A stretch of DNA of 64,000 bases from an uncultured virus (IMG/VR IMGVR_UViG_3300029288_000087) (lineage: Duplodnaviria; Heunggongvirae; Uroviricota; Caudoviricetes). The notes under the pieces were generated by a model that was not told the origin of the DNA, searched no databases, and worked only from the letters and a program-made list of their open reading frames with translations. Within the stretch, counting starts at the first letter, position 1, and every line of letters begins with the position of its first letter. Position numbers and translations under genes: made by a program. Of the stretch, positions 46,805-53,953 are shown piece by piece. Location of the stretch: the IMG/VR virus record IMGVR_UViG_3300029288_000087, one strand, 5' to 3'.

Positions 46805-47533
46805 ATGCCGCGCTACCTCCCCATCCGTTCGCCCTTCTACGCGCAGTTCGAGCGCTGGCCGTACACGCGCGGGCCGAACTACACGCGGGCGATGTTCCGC
46901 GAGCAGGGGCCGGGCGGGTACTTCACGGCGCAGCCGATGAACCGGATGCCACCGCTTCTGGGGCTCGGGTACGTGGGGACGGGGGAGACTCCTGAGAACT
47001 GCACGAAGATTTGCACCGATGGGTGTGGGTCGCTCGACAAGGACTGCTTCAACGGCTGCTACAGCCAGTGTATGGGCATTTCGGTCCCTGTGACCCCCGA
47101 CAACAAGAGGGAAGGCGAGACCATCGACTGCAACGCCGCGTGTGCTGGGAAGACCGGAGAGGCGCTCTCCAGGTGCGTGTTCGATTGCGGCACCGGACGC
47201 GCTGTACCGAAGTCTGCGCAGGCCGGTTTCTTCGCGGACTTCTGGTCGAGCCCGGTCAAGATGGTCGGCACGCTCGCCGTTGTGGGCGGGCTGCTGTGGT
47301 GGGTGACGAGCAGGAAGCGAGCGACGGCGAACCCTACGAAGCTCCGCGCTGGGGACACGGTTTATTTTCTGAGCGGGGAAAGAGAAGGGAAGCTCGCTCG
47401 CGTATCGAAGCGGTGGAAGGACAAAAACGGGCACGTTTGGGTGATCTTGAGGGAGCGCGAACCGGGCGCTTGGCAATGGCGCGCGCGCGAAAGGGATGTT
47501 CTCCGGTACGCGGTGAGCGTAGCAACTTTCTGA
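46805..47533 (+). CDS. GLG, Cys-rich, TM and ANP motifs plus a small beta domain
   Basis: LLGLG; CxxxC repeats; RKRATANPTKLRAGDTV. Confidence 0.8.
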   Translation: MPRYLPIRSPFYAQFERWPYTRGPNYTRAMFREQGPGGYFTAQPMNRMPPLLGLGYVGTGETPENCTKICTDGCGSLDKDCFNGCYSQCMGISVPVTPDNKREGETIDCNAACAGKTGEALSRCVFDCGTGRAVPKSAQAGFFADFWSSPVKMVGTLAVVGGLLWWVTSRKRATANPTKLRAGDTVYFLSGEREGKLARVSKRWKDKNGHVWVILREREPGAWQWRARERDVLRYAVSVATF

Positions 47534-47543
47534 GGAAATCACG

Positions 47544-48197
47544 ATGAACAAGCACGGCGGCATCTTCAACGCTCTGTCTTCTCTCGGCTGCGCAGTCGGC
47601 TTGGGCGCAGACGCTCCGATCAAGAAGTCGTGTACGTTCGCGACGGGTCTGTACTCCGAGGGCGCGAAGGCGATCCAGCAGGTGCTCATCAGTCGCGGGG
47701 CCACCAAGCTCAAGGCTGACGGGCTGTGGGGACCGTGTTCCGAGAGCGCGTTCGAGAAGGTGACAGGCGGCAAGCTGACCCAGGCATCGATCCTGGCGCA
47801 GTTCAACATCAGCTGTAGCCCGTACATCAAGAACGTGATCGGCACGTCGTGCAGCAACGGCACCGACGCCTATACGCCGCCTGCCGTGAGCCCGGACGAC
47901 ATCTCGCCCAACATCCCGCCTACCGAGAAGGCTCCTCCTGTCGGCACCGTCGTGTGCCCCCCTGGCACCGATCCGATCATGCAAGGCACCCAGGTCATGT
48001 GCCAAGCGCCGGTCGTGGCGAACCAGCCTCCTCCCCCCGTTGTGGCCCCCGTGCGCGCGAACCTGATTCCCGGCGTGCCCAACATGTACCTGGGCATCGG
48101 AGTCGGCGTGCTGGTGCTCGGCGGGCTTGCGTACTTCATGCTCAAGCCGAAGACGGCGGCGGCGAATAGGCGGCGGCACCGAAGGCATCACAGGTAG
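47544..48197 (+). CDS. Membrane protein with peptidoglycan-binding-like motif and AN-Arg tail
   Basis: GGIF...VGLG; ADGLWGP; AAANRRRHRRHHR. Confidence 0.8.
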   Translation: MNKHGGIFNALSSLGCAVGLGADAPIKKSCTFATGLYSEGAKAIQQVLISRGATKLKADGLWGPCSESAFEKVTGGKLTQASILAQFNISCSPYIKNVIGTSCSNGTDAYTPPAVSPDDISPNIPPTEKAPPVGTVVCPPGTDPIMQGTQVMCQAPVVANQPPPPVVAPVRANLIPGVPNMYLGIGVGVLVLGGLAYFMLKPKTAAANRRRHRRHHR

Positions 48198-48254
48198 CCG
48201 ATGGATGGCGTCTTCAACACCAACTCGAATCGGTCGTAGACAAAGGACACGGAC

Positions 48255-49019
48255 ATGTCGATTTTTGGAAGCCGAAAGAAGCAGCTGCGCGGATGCGGAT
48301 GCCAGGGCGTCGGCCTGGGCGCAGTCGAAGTGCCGTGGTGGTGCTGGAGTACCGAGGGCTTCAAGGCATGTTCCGACGAGTCCCTCTCTTGGGCGCAGAA
48401 CGCGTGCAAGGCCGACTGGGAGAACGGTGAGAAGGTCACCAACTCGGTCAACAACGAGCCGTACGCGAACTACGCCGACTGTGTGGCGCGCACTCAGCAG
48501 TACAGGTTCGAGAATGGCTGCATGCCCAAGTGCCCCTCGCAGCAGCCTGGGACGGCGACCACGGCAACGACAACCGGCGGCTCCGTCGTGTGCCCTCCTG
48601 GCCAGTGGCCCGACGCGTCATTCAACAGCTGCGTGAAAAGCTCTGGGGCGTGCTCCGACGCGAACGTGATCAAGAGCGTGCAGGCGCAGATCGGCACCAC
48701 GGTGGACGGCAAGTGGGGTCCGAACAGCGCAGCAGCTCTCAAGGCATCCGGCAAGACGTACCAGCAGCTTGCCCCCGGGTGCTCAGGAGCGGTGCCCGGC
48801 GGCGGCACGGGTGGAGGGAGCGGCACGTACAAGCCCCCTGCGACAACCAAGACGCCGATCGGTACGCAACCGGGAGTCGCGCAGGCCAGCGGTTTTCTCG
48901 GCATCCCGCTCATCGCGTGGGCCGGGGTCGCAGCAGTCGCGGGCGTACTGCTGTACGCGAAGTCGAGGAAGAAGCAGGCGGTCGCAAACAGGCGTCGTCG
49001 GCGTCACCATCGCAGGTAG
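48255..49019 (+). CDS. Cys-rich membrane protein with PG-binding-like motif and AN-Arg tail
   Basis: VGLG; VDGKWGPNS; AVANRRRRRHHRR. Confidence 0.8.
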   Translation: MSIFGSRKKQLRGCGCQGVGLGAVEVPWWCWSTEGFKACSDESLSWAQNACKADWENGEKVTNSVNNEPYANYADCVARTQQYRFENGCMPKCPSQQPGTATTATTTGGSVVCPPGQWPDASFNSCVKSSGACSDANVIKSVQAQIGTTVDGKWGPNSAAALKASGKTYQQLAPGCSGAVPGGGTGGGSGTYKPPATTKTPIGTQPGVAQASGFLGIPLIAWAGVAAVAGVLLYAKSRKKQAVANRRRRRHHRR

Positions 49020-49028
49020 GAGACCACA

Positions 49029-49775
49029 ATGAGTCGCATGGGAATCTTCACGGCGCTCAACGGCGCAGGCTTCGGCGGCTTCCTGGGGCTCGGCCTGACG
49101 CCAGCAGAGCAGTACGCGGCAACGTGCAAGCAGAACTGCGAGAACATCCCCGGCACGCAGACCGTTGCGGAGTGCCAAGCCGACTGCGACAAGTTCACCG
49201 CCGCTGCGGTGACATGCGCTCCAGCGTGCGCACAGTTTCGCCAGGACTCGAACGAGTGGGTCTACTGCATCCAGAAGTGCCACGGGCTGACCCCTTCGCA
49301 GGCGTACGACGAAGCGCAGAAGTCGCTGTGTTCCAAGCAGGGCATGACGTACTCGTGGCTTGAGAACAAGTGCGTCGATACGAACGCGTATAAGAGCTGT
49401 CCCGCTGGGACCGTCTACGCGATCTACCCTGACGGCAATCGGTGCATCGGCATCAACACCGATCTGACGAAGACGACGTGCCCTGCTGGCACCTCTCTGA
49501 AGATCGTGCCGTCCACGACTGGGGGGCCATCGGGGCAGGCATGTGTGTCCCCTGTGACGCCGACCCCTGCGAAGAAGACGCCTGTTCCGGTGAAGCCCAA
49601 TCCTGTCATCGTAGGAGACGGTGGCGGCGGGGGCGGGACCTTGCTTGCTGGCATGGGCACCGGCTGGATGCTCGTGGGCGTCGGCGCGCTTGCGCTCATC
49701 GGAATCGTCGTGCTCGCGAAGAAAAAGAAGAAGCCGCTGGGCGCTGCGCCCAACAGGCGGCGAAGAAGGAGATAG
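49029..49775 (+). CDS. Cys-rich membrane protein with PN-Arg tail
   Basis: GIF...LGLG; AAPNRRRRRR. Confidence 0.8.
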   Translation: MSRMGIFTALNGAGFGGFLGLGLTPAEQYAATCKQNCENIPGTQTVAECQADCDKFTAAAVTCAPACAQFRQDSNEWVYCIQKCHGLTPSQAYDEAQKSLCSKQGMTYSWLENKCVDTNAYKSCPAGTVYAIYPDGNRCIGINTDLTKTTCPAGTSLKIVPSTTGGPSGQACVSPVTPTPAKKTPVPVKPNPVIVGDGGGGGGTLLAGMGTGWMLVGVGALALIGIVVLAKKKKKPLGAAPNRRRRRR

Positions 49776-49777
49776 TC

Positions 49778-50431
49778 ATGCGTGAGGGCGGCATTTTTGA
49801 TCTTCCGTCAGCGCTCGGCATCGAAGTCGCGATGAGCGACGCCGTCACCGAGATGGACAGCTGCAACCTCTCCGGGACGTTCTCTGAATCGGCCCAGTGG
49901 CTCCAGAACCTCCTGAAGGAGAAGGGCGCACTGTCCCTCGTCGTGGACGGCAAGTGGGGGCCGTGCTCCGAGAGCGCGTTCTACGGACTGTTCGGCGTTC
50001 GCACGAGCCAAGCCTCCGTTGCGGAGAAGACCGGCCTGTCGTGTGCGAAGTTCGTGAACTACTACGGTACCGTTGGCGGAAACTGCAACGGCAGCGACAT
50101 CATCTACGAGCAGCAGGGTACGCCGCCTCCCGCTCCGACCGGGACGAAGAAGGTCGCCGTCATCAAGAAGGCTGAGCCCAAGCCGGTCAGCCTTTCCGTG
50201 GTGAAGTCCCCGTTCAAAATGGCGACGGCAACGCCCCCCACACAGGTCGTGCAAGCCGACACAGCTGGCACTTCCAAGACGTGGATCTACGTGATCGGAG
50301 GGCTCGCGCTGCTCGGCATCGTCGGCTTTTTCTTCCTCAAGAAGAAGTCCCCTGCTCCGGTCGCGCCGCCCCCCGCCATCCCCAACAGGCGTCATCGCCG
50401 CCGGTCTCACCGCATTCGGCTTCTCAAGTAA
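49778..50431 (+). CDS. Membrane protein with PG-binding-like motif and PN-Arg tail (paralogue of 47544..48197)
   Basis: GGIF...ALG; DGKWGPCSESAF; AIPNRRHRRR. Confidence 0.8.
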   Translation: MREGGIFDLPSALGIEVAMSDAVTEMDSCNLSGTFSESAQWLQNLLKEKGALSLVVDGKWGPCSESAFYGLFGVRTSQASVAEKTGLSCAKFVNYYGTVGGNCNGSDIIYEQQGTPPPAPTGTKKVAVIKKAEPKPVSLSVVKSPFKMATATPPTQVVQADTAGTSKTWIYVIGGLALLGIVGFFFLKKKSPAPVAPPPAIPNRRHRRRSHRIRLLK

Positions 50432-50595
50432 CCCGCGCCAGACGACCGTCTCTTGTTGGAACGGGCCACTGTCCTGCGTCTTCGGGGCGATTGAGTCCGG
50501 GCTTCGACATGGGCCGCGGAATCTAGCCGTTGCGGGCTCAGTGTCAAGGCCTCGTGCGCTGGACGAAACCCGTCATCCCGTGGATAATCAGGCCC

Positions 50596-51465
50596 ATGGC
50601 TAATCGTGGTGGCATCTTCAAGGGTACGGCTCTCGGGCTTCTTGGCGCTGGCAGCATCGAATGCACGGGCACGACGCTGTTCAACGCGGTCAAGGCTGCA
50701 CTTGTGGCCAAGGGCTACACCGGGCTCGCTCTCAAGAACAGCTGGGACGGCTGCTTCCAGGCGGCGATCGTCAAGGAGCTTGGTCATCCGATGCTCACGG
50801 TCGGCGACGTGCGTACGCTCACCGGCAGCGGCTGCACGAAGGGCTACTTCGATGCGGGCCTGAACGACATGAACCCGCTCGTCGCGGGCGCTGGGCCGAC
50901 CGACGTGGCCTCGTGCTCGGACGGAAGCGACGTGAAGGGCAAGCTGCCGACGACGATCGATCCGTCTGGACCGCTGAGCACGGACTGCTTGGGTGGCTGC
51001 GCGAAGCTGCCGTTTCTGTCTGCGGACTGGCAGGGGTGCGTCACCAAGTGCGGCGGCAGCATCCTTCAGCCCCCGGCTCCTACGCCCGGCACTCCCGCGT
51101 GCGCTCCCGGGATGTTCTACGACACGAACGCGGCCAGCTGCATGCTCATGATCGATCCGCTCAACTGCGGATCGAAGTGCAACCAGTTCCCGGCGTTCAG
51201 CTCCGAGTGGGTACAGTGCATGGTCAACTGCGGCGCGAAGGCAGTCGGTCCGCAGGGCACCCCCGTTGTGGTGCCCGGCACGAACCCTCCCGTGAAGACC
51301 GGCATGTCGATGGCAGACGTGTTCGGCAAGAACTGGCTGGTCATCGCCGCAGCGCTTGCGATCGGTGTCGGCGCAGTCGTCTACTTCAACAACAAGAAGC
51401 GGAAGGAACGACTGGGGGCAGTCGCAGCGCCGAACCGAAGGCGTCGCCGTCGTCATCACCGCTAG
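50596..51465 (+). CDS. Cys-rich membrane protein with PN-Arg tail
   Basis: GGIF...ALGLLG; AAPNRRRRRRHHR; GATAAT 7 nt upstream. Confidence 0.8.
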   Translation: MANRGGIFKGTALGLLGAGSIECTGTTLFNAVKAALVAKGYTGLALKNSWDGCFQAAIVKELGHPMLTVGDVRTLTGSGCTKGYFDAGLNDMNPLVAGAGPTDVASCSDGSDVKGKLPTTIDPSGPLSTDCLGGCAKLPFLSADWQGCVTKCGGSILQPPAPTPGTPACAPGMFYDTNAASCMLMIDPLNCGSKCNQFPAFSSEWVQCMVNCGAKAVGPQGTPVVVPGTNPPVKTGMSMADVFGKNWLVIAAALAIGVGAVVYFNNKKRKERLGAVAAPNRRRRRRHHR

Positions 51466-51474
51466 GAGATCACC

Positions 51475-52476
51475 ATGCCGCTGTCCGATGTCGAATCGTT
51501 GGCGAAGCAGGTGCAGCCGCTCTACCCGGAGATGGCGACGCCGGAAGATCGGCTCATGGCGGCGTACAAGGCCGCGCGCGCAGCGTTGATCGAGACGTTG
51601 CCCAAAGGCACGACCGTTGATCCGTTGGCAGCAACGATCGCGCAGCAGACCGTGGAGCAGCAGTTCGATGCGCGCGTCCCGGCTCTTCAGTCGTCCTTCC
51701 AGAACAACACCGATCTCTCGGCTGACGATGCGGCGAAGCTGACCGCTGAGCAGAGCAGGCAGCACTACCTGTACAAGTACCTCATCGCGTGCGACGGGCT
51801 CGGCCTGTACGCGAGCGGGTACGCAAAGCAGCTCGATGCCAACGGGGAGTTCCCGGGCGACTACAACAAGAGCGTCGAGGACAGAATCCGCATCTTTTCC
51901 GAGATCACGCATGCGCACGGGACAGGGGCACTCGTCGGTCTGGTGAACAACGAAGCCGTCGTGCAGCAGGCTGCCCAGCGAGCCGCGATGTCGGGGCTCG
52001 GCGGAGTCGGGCAGGGGCAGGTGACCACGTTCATCGGATCCAAGGGCATGACGATCACCCTGCCGTCTTCGAGCGGCGCAGCCGGGCTGGGCGCACCCTT
52101 GCCATGGCAGGCCTGGGTTTTGATCGGTGTCGGCACCATCGTCGCAGGCGTCGTCATCTACCTGCTGGGAAGCAAGCGGATCGAGACGACAGCTGAGACG
52201 ACCAGAATCATCTGCCTCAAGCTCATCGAGAGCGGGGACAAGGCAGCCGCCAAGAGCTGCATCGACCTCCAGAAGGAAGCGACAAACATCGGCGGCGTTG
52301 GCGACATCATTGGCAAGGAGACCATGCAGACGCTCACGAAGTACGCGTTCGTCGGTGGTCTGCTCATCCTCACCGTGATGTTCCTGCCGACGATCGTGGG
52401 CTCCGTCACCCAGGCGCAGACGACGTACCAGATGCACAAGGCTGTGCGCGCGGCAGCGAACCGTCGAAGGCGATGA
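51475..52476 (+). CDS. Two-TM protein with GLG motifs and AN-Arg tail
   Basis: MSGLG, AGLG; AAANRRRR. Confidence 0.8.
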   Translation: MPLSDVESLAKQVQPLYPEMATPEDRLMAAYKAARAALIETLPKGTTVDPLAATIAQQTVEQQFDARVPALQSSFQNNTDLSADDAAKLTAEQSRQHYLYKYLIACDGLGLYASGYAKQLDANGEFPGDYNKSVEDRIRIFSEITHAHGTGALVGLVNNEAVVQQAAQRAAMSGLGGVGQGQVTTFIGSKGMTITLPSSSGAAGLGAPLPWQAWVLIGVGTIVAGVVIYLLGSKRIETTAETTRIICLKLIESGDKAAAKSCIDLQKEATNIGGVGDIIGKETMQTLTKYAFVGGLLILTVMFLPTIVGSVTQAQTTYQMHKAVRAAANRRRR

Positions 52477-52877
52477 TGCGGTACTCGGTCCACAACGTGA
52501 TGCGCGGCGGGTTCGACTACTACGACGGGCCGGATGTCACTCCGATCAACGATGACCAGCCCACGCCCTCGTTCGACTCCTCCATCCGCACCCCGCTCGG
52601 GATCCCCGCGAGCCTCGCAGGCAGGCCTCTGCCTCCCAACGCCTCCATCCGCGGGCACGGCGCGACGGCGCAAGGCGCGGTGTCTTCGGGCAAGCGCGGA
52701 TCGTGGTCCACCACCGCAGCCAGGAATGGCGGCATGCCGTCTGGCATCGGCGCTGCGCTCGGGCTCGACGACTCCACGAGCAGGATGCTCCAGGCCGTTG
52801 TGGGCATCGTGGGGTTCGCCGGAATCTTCTATCTCATCACCCGTTTCGGCGACAGGGAGCGTAAACGTGTCCGCTAG
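52473..52877 (+). CDS. Membrane protein with C-terminal TM
   Basis: FDYYDG N-terminus; ALGL; TM; basic tail. Confidence 0.75.
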   Translation: MMRYSVHNVMRGGFDYYDGPDVTPINDDQPTPSFDSSIRTPLGIPASLAGRPLPPNASIRGHGATAQGAVSSGKRGSWSTTAARNGGMPSGIGAALGLDDSTSRMLQAVVGIVGFAGIFYLITRFGDRERKRVR

Positions 52878-53436
52878 CCGCAACTTCTCGACCGAGCCGT
52901 CGCGTCGCACCGTTGTTCTCGACCTACCCGAGATATACGAACGTGCAAAGCAGATGCGCAAGGTCTTCCAGGGTGAGAAGCCAAAGAAGCGCGTAGAGAT
53001 GCCATTTACGTGGCCCAGCTACTTCGTGTACGTGGGCCGCGCGCTCTCCGAGCTGTACTTCTCCGACAAGAAGCTCAACGGCGGGAAGTGGGAGATTTAC
53101 AAGCACGTTGCGGAGGCTGGGCAGGATCTCTACGTCAATCCGAAGATCACGACGCTCATCAAGGATGACGGGCGCAAGATGCAGTACCGCGGCGACCGCT
53201 TCTGTCTGGAGGGCGCGATGCCGAAGGACATCGCCGTGCTCGCAGAGAACAGGGGCGTGCAGGTTGTGACGAAGAGCGGCGAATACTACGAGATTCGCAT
53301 GCCGCACTCCACAACGGCGGCAGCGGTGCACCCCGAGACGGGCGAGACGTTCCTGCTTGTCTACTCGAAGGAAGGTGTGCATTTCATCATCACGGGCGAC
53401 GAGCTGACGATTGGGAAGGACGGCATTGCCGGATGA
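52867..53436 (+). CDS. Hypothetical beta-rich protein
   Basis: GTG start after GGAG; MSASRNF. Confidence 0.7.
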   Translation: MSASRNFSTEPSRRTVVLDLPEIYERAKQMRKVFQGEKPKKRVEMPFTWPSYFVYVGRALSELYFSDKKLNGGKWEIYKHVAEAGQDLYVNPKITTLIKDDGRKMQYRGDRFCLEGAMPKDIAVLAENRGVQVVTKSGEYYEIRMPHSTTAAAVHPETGETFLLVYSKEGVHFIITGDELTIGKDGIAG

Positions 53437-53795
53437 GAGCCAACGACGCGCAGGTGCTTCAGGTGTGGACCGCCGCGTGGTCCTGGAAGGATGCTGCGGA
53501 GCCCTGCGAGTACGTGTTCGCCAGGACGGAGTCGGAGTGCCTGGGTCTTCTCGGGCGCAGACTTCACAAGGCCAAGAATGTGCTCGTGAGGCTCAAGATC
53601 GTGCGCAACGGGAAGCTGGCGTCCACATACTTGAAGGACGCGAAGCCCAGGGTTGTGGACATCTTCGACCCCGAGCTTCGGGATTTCGCCAAGGACTTGC
53701 TGCCCGACTTCAACAGGGCGGGTGCGGCGGTCCGAAGTTCGGACGAATACGCCGATCTCGTCGAGTGCGCCGACCTCAGTCTCGGCGACCTCTGA
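53433..53795 (+). CDS. Hypothetical protein
   Basis: ATGA coupling. Confidence 0.7.
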   Translation: MRANDAQVLQVWTAAWSWKDAAEPCEYVFARTESECLGLLGRRLHKAKNVLVRLKIVRNGKLASTYLKDAKPRVVDIFDPELRDFAKDLLPDFNRAGAAVRSSDEYADLVECADLSLGDL

Positions 53796-53811
53796 GCGCG
53801 CCCTCGGGAAC

Positions 53812-53841
53812 TTGACACCGTTGCGGATCTTGCCGTAGACT
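53812..53841 (+). promoter_or_regulatory. Promoter upstream of the core/capsid operon
   Basis: TTGACA-18-TAGACT. Confidence 0.6.
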
Positions 53842-53913
53842 GCCTCTCACGTAGCAAGAGCCTCGTTGGCCCAGGGTGACGAGTTCAGCTCCCGCGAACT
53901 GAGCGGAGTTGTA

Positions 53914-53944
53914 TTCCAACGGCGTGCAGGCCGATATCTGCAAT
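53914..53944 (+). repeat. Solo fifth copy of the mini-array repeat
   Basis: CCAACGGCGTGCAGGCCGATATCTGCAA, 26/28 identical to the array-2 core. Confidence 0.85.
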
Positions 53945-53953
53945 CATCACCCG

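Noticed and set aside
53820..53828. GTTGCGGAT in the promoter spacer resembling the repeat end
   Set aside because: Only 9 nt; the rest of the repeat is absent.
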